Assembly: GCA_027026255.1 (NCBI GenBank) | Contig: JALVOT010000004.1 | Span: 39,061 to 103,060, forward strand | Length of the DNA stretch: 64,000 nucleotides | Direction: 5' to 3' | DNA from: a candidate division WOR-3 bacterium | GTDB lineage: Bacteria; Hydrothermota; Tepidihabitantia; SM23-42 | Shown here: piece by piece, positions 8,926-18,032 of the stretch | Layout: each line of letters starts with the position of its first letter | Position numbering within the stretch: the first letter of the stretch is position 1 | Translations under genes and position numbers: made by a program | The notes under the pieces: generated by a model | Seen by the model: only the letters and a program-made list of their open reading frames with translations | What the model was told of the DNA's origin: nothing | The model's database searches: none

Positions 8926-11502
8926 ATGAAAAAAGGATTAATACAAGTATGGCTCCTGGGGTTTATATTAACAGGGTATCTATATGGAGGTATTAACACC
9001 GGACCCTACCTGACTCCAGGAAGTAATCCCAGGACCTCTGTCTGGGTTAACTGGAATACCAATAACGCAGCCCAGAGCAGAGTCGCTTATGGAACCAGTT
9101 CTTCTGCACTAAACGACACTGCAAGCAGTTCAGGAACAACTGAATTTCATCATGTATTACTGGATAATCTCAATCCAGGAACAGTATACTACTACAAAGT
9201 TCTCCCCAGCGGCAATGTCAAATATTTCCGAACTTTTCCCAATAGTGCTGACAGCTTCAACTTCATTGCTTTTGGCGATACCCGTGATGGTGATAATCCC
9301 CACGAGCAGATAATGAATCGAATGTGGAGTTATGATTTTGTGCTTGTTACCCATTCTGGAGATTTGGTAGGTAGTGGCAGCAGCTGGTCAGATTGGACCA
9401 CATTCTTTAATATCGAAGATACTGTAATCAGCTATAAGCAGTTTTTACCAGCGGTGGGTAATCATGAATCCCCCTTTACACAATTTGACAGTCTTTTCAA
9501 ACTCCCTGAGGGGAGTAATAACAACTACTATTCATTAGATTATGGAAACGCCCATTTTGTAGTCCTCAATACTGAGATGAATTCGAGCGGTATCTCGGCT
9601 GAGAGTACCTGGCTTGTAAACGACCTTCAGGCAGCAAATAACAATTCGAATATTGTCTGGAAATTTGCAAATTTTCACCGTCCACCTTATTCATCAGGTC
9701 CACACGGAAGTGCTTCGGATATAAGAGCAAAATGGTGTCCGGTATTAGAAGAATATGGAGTGGATATTGTTTTTAATGGTCATGACCACCTCTATGAGCG
9801 AAGTATTGATATCAATGGAACAGTCTATATTGTAACCGGTGGTGGTGGTGCACCCCTTTATAATGGAGACTCAAGCTGGTGGACAGCATATTCAGAAGGC
9901 ACTTATCATTTTTGTTTGATTGAAATAAGAGATGATGATCTGCTTTTGAAAGCAATCAAACGGGACGGCACTGTATTTGACACCCTGAGATTGCATAAAC
10001 CAATACATGAACCCTGGATAAAGGCACTCAGCTATAATATTACTGATCCTCCACAAGGTGGAAATGGTAATGGTATATTAGAACCTGGTGAGACCGGGAA
10101 AATGGTGGTAAACATAAAAAATATTGGTGGTGCAGGTGCCTATAATACAACCGGGACCTTGGTATCCTATGATAACTATGTTACAGTGCAGAATACAACC
10201 TATAACTTTGGTGACCTGGCTCCGGGTGATACCACATCGAATTCAGGCAGTCCGTTTTCACTCGTGGTTCACGATTTAACCCCTCAGGGACATGGTGCAA
10301 AGATTGGGTTAGTGCTCCATGCGGATGGTAAAAATGATACCGTAGACTTTGATGATACACTATACTATACAATTACAATCGGCACTCCCCCAGACCCCAC
10401 AATCATCTTTGGAGACGACTTTGAATACAGTGGTGGAGTTGATAGTTTTCCACATTACTGGAATGCAACTGGAAACTGGGCGCGCTCAACCCAGAATTCC
10501 CATTCTTCAAGCCATTCTGCATATAGTGGTGCACCTCTTGATAATGCAACAACCTTAACCATGAAAAATGGAGTTGACCTGACCCCATTCAGTGACCCCC
10601 GACTCAGTTTCTGGCACCGTTATGATTTTGCTTCAGCAATGTTTATGGATGGCTGTGCAGTTCAGATCTCTACTAACGGCGGTTCTTCCTGGGGAGACCT
10701 CTGGACCTTTAACTGGAATAACGGTGAAACCATTCCCTGGACTGAATTTGCCCTGCCTCTTTCTTCCTATATCAGCAACAATGTCAAGGTTAGATTTATG
10801 ATTGACGCCAATACAATGTTCCAGGACCGTACTGATTGGTTCATCGATGATTTTATGTTATTTACTCCAACCGACAATGAGCCGCCTTATTTTACAAATA
10901 CTACGGTCTGGCCGGATACTAATTATACTGGCCCATTTCCTGTGCAGTCAAAGATTACCGATAAAAGTGGTGTCGACCAGGCAAAACTCTATTATCGGGT
11001 TAATTCAGGTTCCTGGCAGGAACTGACAATGTCAGCGGGGAGCAATAATATCTATTCAGCAAGCATTCCTGCCCAGTCCTCGGGTGATAAGATTGACTAT
11101 TATTTATGGGCCCGGGATAAGTGGCTTACTCCGAATGCGGGATGTGACCCGATTGGTGCACCGGATCGTGGATATTACTCATTCAATCTGAAGATCGGAA
11201 TCAATGAAGGTCAGGCGGGCAGAATTCAGTTTATGCCGATAATCACCAATCCTACGCGGGGTCCGGTAAAGATCAGATTCAGCATTCCGGAGAAGAATAA
11301 GGTCAATCTGGCAGTCTATGATGTAACCGGCAGAAAGGTGAAAACAATATTCAATAAAAAAATAGCCCCTGGTGAATATCAGATAACCTGGAATCGTCTT
11401 GATGAAAAACATAGGCAGATTTCTACAGGCATCTACTTCTTGAAGTTTTCTGTTCCCGATGCAAAGTATGAAAAGATAGAGAAGGTTGTTCTTTTGAAAT
11501 AG
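8926..11502 (+). CDS. Secreted calcineurin-like metallophosphatase paralog with a divergent MAM/galactose-binding-like middle region and a T9SS C-terminal sorting domain
   Basis: 858 aa. The first about 345 aa are near-identical to the 5850..8228 product and carry the same metallophosphatase motifs. It then diverges (..CAVQISTNGGSSWGDLW..). The C-terminus GPVKIRFSIPEKNKVNLAVYDVTGRKV...GIYFLKFS...KVVLLK is T9SS C-terminal-domain-like. Confidence 0.8.
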   Translation: MKKGLIQVWLLGFILTGYLYGGINTGPYLTPGSNPRTSVWVNWNTNNAAQSRVAYGTSSSALNDTASSSGTTEFHHVLLDNLNPGTVYYYKVLPSGNVKYFRTFPNSADSFNFIAFGDTRDGDNPHEQIMNRMWSYDFVLVTHSGDLVGSGSSWSDWTTFFNIEDTVISYKQFLPAVGNHESPFTQFDSLFKLPEGSNNNYYSLDYGNAHFVVLNTEMNSSGISAESTWLVNDLQAANNNSNIVWKFANFHRPPYSSGPHGSASDIRAKWCPVLEEYGVDIVFNGHDHLYERSIDINGTVYIVTGGGGAPLYNGDSSWWTAYSEGTYHFCLIEIRDDDLLLKAIKRDGTVFDTLRLHKPIHEPWIKALSYNITDPPQGGNGNGILEPGETGKMVVNIKNIGGAGAYNTTGTLVSYDNYVTVQNTTYNFGDLAPGDTTSNSGSPFSLVVHDLTPQGHGAKIGLVLHADGKNDTVDFDDTLYYTITIGTPPDPTIIFGDDFEYSGGVDSFPHYWNATGNWARSTQNSHSSSHSAYSGAPLDNATTLTMKNGVDLTPFSDPRLSFWHRYDFASAMFMDGCAVQISTNGGSSWGDLWTFNWNNGETIPWTEFALPLSSYISNNVKVRFMIDANTMFQDRTDWFIDDFMLFTPTDNEPPYFTNTTVWPDTNYTGPFPVQSKITDKSGVDQAKLYYRVNSGSWQELTMSAGSNNIYSASIPAQSSGDKIDYYLWARDKWLTPNAGCDPIGAPDRGYYSFNLKIGINEGQAGRIQFMPIITNPTRGPVKIRFSIPEKNKVNLAVYDVTGRKVKTIFNKKIAPGEYQITWNRLDEKHRQISTGIYFLKFSVPDAKYEKIEKVVLLK

Positions 11503-11535
11503 ACATCCTTACACAAAACTACTCTCCGTTCTAAA

Positions 11536-11570
11536 GGAGGGGGCAGGCATCTGCCTCCTCCTTTTTTATT
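11536..11570 (+). terminator. Rho-independent terminator after phosphatase paralog 2
   Basis: GGAGGGGGCAGGCATCTGCCTCCTCC hairpin followed by TTTTTTATT. Confidence 0.6.
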
Positions 11571-11630
11571 AACATCCCGGTTCCCCGGACACAGCCTTGA
11601 CTTATCCACCTTTATTAGTTATTATTTAGA

Positions 11631-12554
11631 ATGAAATTTGTCGGTCTTGATGTCGGAGGAACATTTATAAAATCGGCGCTGGTTATCAACGGCAGGGTTA
11701 AAAAATTTCAGGTTATTCCGAGTCTGGCAAGCAAGGGACCGGAATACTCAATCAATCAGATAATCAGAGCAATTGATGTTTTGGTTAAAGACACTCAGGG
11801 GATTGGGATTGGTATCGCCGGGATTACCGATGCCCGGGCGGGTGTGGTAAAGACATCACCAAATTTAAAGGGCTGGGATGATATCCCTCTGGCAGCAACC
11901 TTAAAACAAAGATTCAAAAAACCGGTGAAGATTATCAATGATGTAGATGCAATCTGCCTTGGTGAATGGTATTACGGGCGAGCCCGTGGATACAGGAATG
12001 TCTTCTTATTCACGGTTGGCACCGGGGTCGGTGGTGCAGTAATTTGTGAAGGAAAATTGGTTCTTGGTGCCAATGGTTTTGCTGGAGAGCTGGGCCATAC
12101 TGTCATAAATTTTAACGGACCGAAATGCTCCTGCGGAAATCACGGATGTCTGGAAAGATATGTTGGGGCGCGATATATTATACGCTACGCCAGAAGGTTA
12201 TTAAAAAAGCATCCCAGTCGATTGTCTCAGTATAAAAAACTTACTCCGGCAATCATCGCCCGGGAAGCAAAAAATGGTGATAGCGTAGCCAAGGATGTCT
12301 TCACCCGGGTCGGCTTCTATCTCGGGGTGGGGATAACAAATATTATCGCCCTGTTTGACCCGGAATTGATTATCATATCAGGTGGAATCTCAAGGGCAGG
12401 AAAGGTATTATTTGACCCGATAAGAAAGACGGTTCGACAAAAACTCCTGGGTGAGCAATACCGTAACTACAGGATTGTGGCTTCAGCCCTGGGTGATTAT
12501 GCCGGGATCATGGGTGCTGCTTTACTATTTAATAAAAGGATTTGCCCGGACTGA
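11631..12554 (+). CDS. ROK-family sugar kinase (glucokinase-like)
   Basis: 307 aa. N-terminal GLDVGGT ATPase motif and the ROK zinc motif CSCGNHGCLE. Confidence 0.75.
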   Translation: MKFVGLDVGGTFIKSALVINGRVKKFQVIPSLASKGPEYSINQIIRAIDVLVKDTQGIGIGIAGITDARAGVVKTSPNLKGWDDIPLAATLKQRFKKPVKIINDVDAICLGEWYYGRARGYRNVFLFTVGTGVGGAVICEGKLVLGANGFAGELGHTVINFNGPKCSCGNHGCLERYVGARYIIRYARRLLKKHPSRLSQYKKLTPAIIAREAKNGDSVAKDVFTRVGFYLGVGITNIIALFDPELIIISGGISRAGKVLFDPIRKTVRQKLLGEQYRNYRIVASALGDYAGIMGAALLFNKRICPD

Positions 12555-12567
12555 GCCGGGCAAATCC
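12538..12567. terminator. Bidirectional 12-bp-stem hairpin between the convergent ROK kinase and hsp20 genes
   Basis: GGATTTGCCCGG-ACTGAG-CCGGGCAAATCC. A T-rich tract follows on the minus strand, where it would act as the hsp20 terminator. Confidence 0.45.
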
Positions 12568-12588
12568 TGGGTGGATGATTAGGAGGTA

Positions 12589-13029
12589 TTATTTCACTTC
12601 AACTTCAATCTCTTTGGGTTTAAGAATCTCAGGTTTTGTCAGGGTTATCGTAAGCACACCGTCTTTATAGTTCGCCTTCACCTTATTCGGTTCAATATCC
12701 GATGGAAGAGTAATTGCCCGCTGGAATTTGCCGTAGGTGCGTTCGATCCTGTGGTATGTTTTATTGTTAGTCTCCTTCTCCCGCTTCTTCTCGCCGGAGA
12801 TGGTCAGCAGATTTCCCCTTACCGAGACCTTGATATCCTCTTTTTTCAGACCCGGTACTTCAGTCTTTACGATAATATTTTCATCATCTTCTTCAATATC
12901 AAGTACCGGTCTGAAGAAATCGTCGTTCCATTTTGGATATTCAAAGAAATCTTTGAATAACTGCCCCATATCATCCACCATATCGGCTAAATCTGTAAAT
13001 GGTCTCCAGGTTGTTAATGTCTTACCCAT
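12589..13029 (-). CDS. Small heat shock protein, Hsp20/alpha-crystallin family
   Basis: 146 aa. ACD signature: VKTEVPGLKKEDIKVSV...LTISGEKK...GKFQRAITLP...YKDGVLTITLTK. Confidence 0.85.
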   Translation of the reverse strand: MGKTLTTWRPFTDLADMVDDMGQLFKDFFEYPKWNDDFFRPVLDIEEDDENIIVKTEVPGLKKEDIKVSVRGNLLTISGEKKREKETNNKTYHRIERTYGKFQRAITLPSDIEPNKVKANYKDGVLTITLTKPEILKPKEIEVEVK

Positions 13030-13128
13030 ATTACATCACCTCCTTTCTTCCCCTTTTGCCATTTAGACAATTTTTTTTGCTAATAGTTTATTGATTTTTT
13101 CCTCTTTTGAAGGCTGAAAATCAGGCAG

Positions 13129-13156
13129 TTGACAGTACCCGATAATTAGATATAAT
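13129..13156 (+). promoter_or_regulatory. Sigma-70-like promoter (TTGACA-16-TATAAT) upstream of the RnfB-like gene
   Basis: TTGACA at 13129-13134 and TATAAT at 13151-13156, with a 16-nt spacer. The ATG is at 13165. Confidence 0.45.
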
Positions 13157-13164
13157 AGAACCCT

Positions 13165-14181
13165 ATGCAGATTACCGCACTACTCAAATCGATTCTTGGC
13201 CTGGGCGGACTGAGTCTGGTCTTTGGAGTTATCCTTGCTCTTGCCTTCAAAAAACTCGCCGTGAAGATGAGCGAAATTGAACTGGGGATTCGGGAGATTT
13301 TACCCGGGGCGAACTGTGGTGCCTGTGGTTTTCCCGGGTGTGATGCCTATGCCCATGCCCTGGCTGAAAAGACCGGCAGGACACCGCCCAATCTCTGCAC
13401 CGTGGGTGGCTCGAATACTGCAAAGAAGATTGGTGAAATTTTGGGAGTTGAGGTTGCAGAGATGGAACCGATGATCAGTGTGCTTCGATGCAAAGGCGGT
13501 AAAGAGGAATCAGCAGAAAAGTTCGACTATATCGGACCGGGCGATTGCCGCAGTAATTATATTCTACTGGGTGGAAACAAGGCCTGTAATTATGGTTGTC
13601 TTGGAGGAGGCCATTGTGTTACGGTCTGTCCATTCAGGGCAATTCGGATGGGTGAAAACCATCTTCCCATAATTGACCCGGATAAATGCACCGGCTGTGG
13701 CATCTGTGTCAGGGAGTGCCCGCGTCAGGTGCTTGAACTCATTCCCCGCTCCCAGTTAATCTATCTCGCCTGTAAGTCCCTTGATAAAGGTAAGGATGTT
13801 AAACAGGTCTGCAAGGTGGGCTGTATAGGCTGCACCCTCTGTGTAAAGGTTTGTCCTTATGAAGGTGCAATTGAGATGAAGGGAAACCTGCCCCGGATGG
13901 ACTATGAAAAGTGCACATCCTGTGGTATCTGTTTTAATAAGTGTCCGGCAAAATCATTTATTGACCGTGCTCCAGCCCGACCTTATGCAATCATATCACC
14001 TCAGTGCAACGGCTGCGGCGAATGTGTTAAGGTCTGCCAGTTCAAGGCGATTGAAGGTGAACCCGGCAAAAGGCATACCGTAATAAAGGATAAATGTATC
14101 GGGTGCGGCAGATGTTTTGAAGTCTGTCCGATTAAGGTTATTACAATGGCCGGTGCACTCGGTTATGCTGAGGCCGCATAG
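13165..14181 (+). CDS. RnfB-like polyferredoxin (electron transport complex subunit B family) with multiple 4Fe-4S motifs
   Basis: 338 aa. N-terminal membrane anchor plus the CGACGFPGCDAYAHAL RnfB-type cluster region. Five CxxCxxCxxxCP-type motifs follow. No other rnf genes are adjacent. Confidence 0.7.
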   Translation: MQITALLKSILGLGGLSLVFGVILALAFKKLAVKMSEIELGIREILPGANCGACGFPGCDAYAHALAEKTGRTPPNLCTVGGSNTAKKIGEILGVEVAEMEPMISVLRCKGGKEESAEKFDYIGPGDCRSNYILLGGNKACNYGCLGGGHCVTVCPFRAIRMGENHLPIIDPDKCTGCGICVRECPRQVLELIPRSQLIYLACKSLDKGKDVKQVCKVGCIGCTLCVKVCPYEGAIEMKGNLPRMDYEKCTSCGICFNKCPAKSFIDRAPARPYAIISPQCNGCGECVKVCQFKAIEGEPGKRHTVIKDKCIGCGRCFEVCPIKVITMAGALGYAEAA

Positions 14182-14222
14182 TTGTCGGATTCCAGAAGTT
14201 TTTTATTGATTACACAAAACAG

Positions 14223-15032
14223 ATGAAGTTGTTCTATGCCCGGGCATCATTAGAAGACGCCCGGATTGTCGTATGTGGACTACCGGTTGATAAAACATCT
14301 TCATTTTTACCCGGAACAAAATTTGGTCCAATGTACATAAGATACTGCACTGAAAACATTGAATCATTTTCCCCATATCAGGAAAATGACCTTCAAAAAT
14401 TAAAAATCTGTGACCTTGAAGACTTGAAACTTGAAGACCAGGACTGGTATGCGGAAACCAGAAAGTTTGTTGAGAAGCATTTTAATCCTGATAAAAAATT
14501 TATCTTTCTCGGCGGCGAGCATACGATTACCCTGCCCATAATCGAAGTTTTAAGAAAATACTACAAAAAATTTTCTATTATCCATCTTGACGCACATGCC
14601 GACTTAAGGGATGAGTATCTGGGTAATAAAATCTGCCATGCTACAGTTATGCGCCGGGCCGGAGATATAATCGGTTTAGAAAATATCTACCAATTCGGTA
14701 TCCGCTCCGGAACCGGGCAGGAATTTAAATTGCATAAAAATTTATATAAATTTGAGGTATATCAACCTTTACGGAAAATCATTGATAAAATCCCCGGGCC
14801 TGTATATCTAAGCATTGATGTTGATGTTGTCAATCCTGCAGTGCTGCCTGCAGTTTCCACCCCGGCATCCGGGGGTATATCATTTCAGGAGATGATTGAT
14901 TCTATTCTGTTATTTAAGAATAGAGAAATCATATCTCTGGATATTGTCGAATTTAATCCCCTGGCTGGAAACCCCTATGCCTCAGGAACCGCGGTGGCGG
15001 AGATTTTACGGGAGCTTATTCTTATTCTGTAA
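14223..15032 (+). CDS. speB: Agmatinase/arginase-family ureohydrolase
   Basis: 269 aa. Ureohydrolase Mn-binding motifs GGEHTIT, HLDAHADL and SIDVDVVNPA. Confidence 0.75.
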   Translation: MKLFYARASLEDARIVVCGLPVDKTSSFLPGTKFGPMYIRYCTENIESFSPYQENDLQKLKICDLEDLKLEDQDWYAETRKFVEKHFNPDKKFIFLGGEHTITLPIIEVLRKYYKKFSIIHLDAHADLRDEYLGNKICHATVMRRAGDIIGLENIYQFGIRSGTGQEFKLHKNLYKFEVYQPLRKIIDKIPGPVYLSIDVDVVNPAVLPAVSTPASGGISFQEMIDSILLFKNREIISLDIVEFNPLAGNPYASGTAVAEILRELILIL

Positions 15033-15047
15033 AAGACGGCCTCACTT

Positions 15048-15250
15048 GGGGTCAAATCTTCACAATTCACAATTGATAGAGCCGAATATTTGTTTGATTT
15101 TGTTTCGGTTTAACATACGTTCTGATGACGAGGTTATATTGCGGCGTTGTTTCAAGATATTTTATCAGTATAATGGTATTACCAACTTACGATTGGTGAG
15201 TTAATAGTATGTCACATATATAAACTTGTGAATTGTGAAGATTTGACCCC
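15048..15250. mobile_element. MITE-like element, family B, copy 1 (203 bp, 25-bp perfect terminal inverted repeats)
   Basis: Left end GGGGTCAAATCTTCACAATTCACAA at 15048-15072. Right end TTGTGAATTGTGAAGATTTGACCCC at 15226-15250. The internal sequence is the reverse complement of the internal sequence of the copy at 60666-60866. It has no ORF. Confidence 0.6.
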
Positions 15251-15421
15251 AAATACGGGTGTTTGCGATCGGTGTATGTATGTCAGAAAAAGATAGAGAG
15301 GGCAAAGGTTGGGTTGAATGAGGTTTTGATAAGGCCGGAAGGTTTTTCTGCTGGTGTCTATTTTGTGCGTTTTAAGGCGGGTAATTATCAGGCAGTTAAA
15401 AAGGTGGTGCTTGTAAGATAG
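15251..15421 (+). pseudogene. 3' remnant of a T9SS C-terminal-domain cargo gene, truncated at the MITE-B boundary
   Basis: Frame translation ...VYVCQKKIERAKVGLNEVLIRPEGFSAGVYFVRFKAGNYQAVKKVVLVR* carries the terminal SGVYF-x-R-x-KAG...KKVVL pattern of Por/T9SS sorting domains. The frame is closed by a TGA inside the MITE's inverted repeat, so there is no start codon or upstream body. Confidence 0.4.
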
Positions 15422-15481
15422 AAAGTCCTGAGGGTATAGAAAACTGTTTTGAAGATATCTTAAATATTTCTATTTAATTCA

Positions 15482-15509
15482 TTGACATTACAGATGAATT
15501 TATTATAAT
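15482..15509 (+). promoter_or_regulatory. Sigma-70-like promoter (TTGACA-16-TATAAT) immediately upstream of the alpha/beta-hydrolase gene
   Basis: TTGACA at 15482-15487 and TATAAT at 15504-15509. The annotated GTG start at 15516 is only 7 nt downstream. That implies either a leaderless transcript or a later true start codon. Confidence 0.4.
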
Positions 15510-15515
15510 TTAAAT

Positions 15516-18032
15516 GTGGAACTTCTATTTATCTTAATCATCTTCAGTAATTCCCATTTCCTGCCCACAATATCTGACACGATAGTCATTGACCGCTGGT
15601 CCTATTTAGGACCATTCTCGATTGGACCGCGAGAAGGGATAACCGGATTTGATAAAGAAATCCTTTATAATAAAAATTTTTCTCCATCAATGGAAAAAGT
15701 ATATCCCGGTCTGTTGATGCCGGGTGGAGATATCCGGTGGAAACAGCTACAGACCGATAAAGAAGAAGTCAAACTTGCATACAATGAGGTTGAATGGGAT
15801 TCTATCCAGGATTATTATGGTATCCCGGGCATAATATGTGCTACATATTTCTATGGAGAATTTTCTACTCAGAAGCATTGCCGTGCCTTAGTATACGCAA
15901 AGGGTATCGGTTCATTTATGCTTAATGGCCGACGCTATTTAGGGGACCTGTATCGTCAGAAAAATTTTATGGTGCCGGTGGTTCTGCATAAGGGCAAGAA
16001 TAGAATCATCATCAAGGATACCGGCTTTAAAGAACACAATTTTCGATTCAGATTGGTTCCGGTAGCGCAGCCGATATTGATTTTAAAGAATAACATAACC
16101 AAACCCGATTTTATAAGGAATGGGGAAAAACAGTATTGGCTTGGTATACCCATTTTGAATACTACATCAAAAAGGCTATACAATATAAAAATAGAACTGA
16201 ATGGCGAGGCGATTTCAGAGACAGAAAAGACCATTAAAAGTATCGTCCCATTATCAGTCATCAAATTGCCGATTATGATTGAAAAAAATAATAATATTTT
16301 GCAAGGTGAGACTACAGATATTAATATCACTCTTAAATGGAATGATTATACAATTAAAGATAAGATTCAAATTGCGATAAAGGATATGGGTGATATTCAG
16401 ATAAAAACATTCCGCTCTAAGATTGACAATTCCTGCCAGTATTATGCACTGCGTGTTCCAGCCCGGTTTAACAGAGATTCATCTTACGGTCTGATTATGA
16501 CCTGCCATGGTGCCGGGGTAAGAGCCGGGAACATGGTCAAATCATATACCCGGAAAGATTGGGCATTTATCGCGGCACCCACCAATCGGGGAAGATTTGG
16601 TTTTGACTGGCAGGACTGGGGAATGCTCGATTTCTTTGAGGTGCTCGAGGATGTAAAGGCCCGTTTTAAAATTGACCCAAATCGAATCTATTTAACCGGC
16701 CATTCAATGGGTGGCCATGGGGTCTGGCATATCGGCCTTTCCTTTCCGGATCGGTTCTCCGTAATTGCGCCATCAGCGGGGTGGACTTCATTTCGACTCT
16801 ATATCCCCTGGTTTCTTCAGAAGGCGGAACTCTTCGGCGATCCCGGGTTATTAAAAATTCGGGATATGGCATTGGTGCAGGACAACCCTTTAATCCTCTT
16901 AGAGAATGGTTATAATCTATCCATATACATTCTTCAGGGTGGTGTAGATAACAATGTTCCCCCTATTCAGGCGAGATTCTTCAACAAGTATCTCAGTGAT
17001 TTTCACAGAAACTTTATCTACAAGGAGATTGAAGGAAAAGGACACTGGTGGGATATCGATTCTACACCCGGGATTGATTGTGTGGACCAAAAGGAACTGA
17101 TGGATTTTCTGAAATCATCCCGGCGTACCCCCTATCCCAAAAGGATTGTATTCAAGACGGCGGATATTGACTATTCCAATGCCGCCTACTGGATAAGGAT
17201 TGACCAACTTGAACATCTATATCGTATTGCCCGGGTGGATATTCAGGTAAAAAAGAAAAATTTTATAGAGGCGGAACTGAATAATATCCATAGTTTTACC
17301 GTATTCCTGAATGACCGGATTGTTTCCCCGGGAAATGTAATGTTTAAGATTAACGGACGGAAAATCAAGTATTTGTATCGTGCTAAATGTGAAATTGGTT
17401 TTATCAAAGAAGAAAAAGGCTTTGTTATCAATAAAGAAAAAAACAAGGGGCTGCATAAGAAAAAAGGGCTGTATGGTCCGATAAAAAAGGCATACTTCAC
17501 TCCATTTATTCTTATTTATGGAACAATTGGAGATTCTTCGTCAACTGAAGAGAATCTTGCCCAGGCACGCTGGCAATCATATCTCTGGTATTATCGGGGT
17601 AATGGATTTGTTGAAATCATTCCGGATACTGAAGTTACCGATCAAATTATCAAAGACTACAATCTGATTCTCTTCGGAAATACAGAAACAAATTTTATCT
17701 TAAAGTGGATCAATTATCAACTGCCCATTCATATGGGTGAAGAGTATATCGTCTTTGATAATAAAAAGTTAAAGGACAAAAATCTTGTATTTGTAGAGGT
17801 CTATCCCAACCCCTTAAACCCCCGACATCTGGTTCTGGTCTATTCACCAATCTCCAGGCCGGCAGAAAAATTTATGGGTATATTCTCACCACTCTATTCA
17901 GGTTCGGGTTTGCCCGACTATATTATCTATGATGAATCGGTTTTAAAATATGGCCGGGCTGGAGTAAAGGCCCTGGGATTTTTTGATAAAGACTGGAAAT
18001 TCAATCCCCATTCAGGGTTTATCTCTGATTAG
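15516..18032 (+). CDS. Large alpha/beta-hydrolase-fold protein (putative esterase/peptidase with a GHSMGG nucleophile elbow)
   Basis: 838 aa. LTGHSMGGHGVWHIG is a G-x-S-x-G serine hydrolase motif inside a predicted alpha/beta fold. The N-terminal about 250 aa and C-terminal about 300 aa have no recognisable motif. The start codon is uncertain. Confidence 0.6.
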   Translation: MELLFILIIFSNSHFLPTISDTIVIDRWSYLGPFSIGPREGITGFDKEILYNKNFSPSMEKVYPGLLMPGGDIRWKQLQTDKEEVKLAYNEVEWDSIQDYYGIPGIICATYFYGEFSTQKHCRALVYAKGIGSFMLNGRRYLGDLYRQKNFMVPVVLHKGKNRIIIKDTGFKEHNFRFRLVPVAQPILILKNNITKPDFIRNGEKQYWLGIPILNTTSKRLYNIKIELNGEAISETEKTIKSIVPLSVIKLPIMIEKNNNILQGETTDINITLKWNDYTIKDKIQIAIKDMGDIQIKTFRSKIDNSCQYYALRVPARFNRDSSYGLIMTCHGAGVRAGNMVKSYTRKDWAFIAAPTNRGRFGFDWQDWGMLDFFEVLEDVKARFKIDPNRIYLTGHSMGGHGVWHIGLSFPDRFSVIAPSAGWTSFRLYIPWFLQKAELFGDPGLLKIRDMALVQDNPLILLENGYNLSIYILQGGVDNNVPPIQARFFNKYLSDFHRNFIYKEIEGKGHWWDIDSTPGIDCVDQKELMDFLKSSRRTPYPKRIVFKTADIDYSNAAYWIRIDQLEHLYRIARVDIQVKKKNFIEAELNNIHSFTVFLNDRIVSPGNVMFKINGRKIKYLYRAKCEIGFIKEEKGFVINKEKNKGLHKKKGLYGPIKKAYFTPFILIYGTIGDSSSTEENLAQARWQSYLWYYRGNGFVEIIPDTEVTDQIIKDYNLILFGNTETNFILKWINYQLPIHMGEEYIVFDNKKLKDKNLVFVEVYPNPLNPRHLVLVYSPISRPAEKFMGIFSPLYSGSGLPDYIIYDESVLKYGRAGVKALGFFDKDWKFNPHSGFISD

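Noticed and set aside
14896-15204. 102-codon ORF spanning the agmatinase 3' end and MITE-B
   Set aside because: It overlaps the well-supported agmatinase gene in another frame and runs into the non-coding inverted-repeat element. It has no motif.
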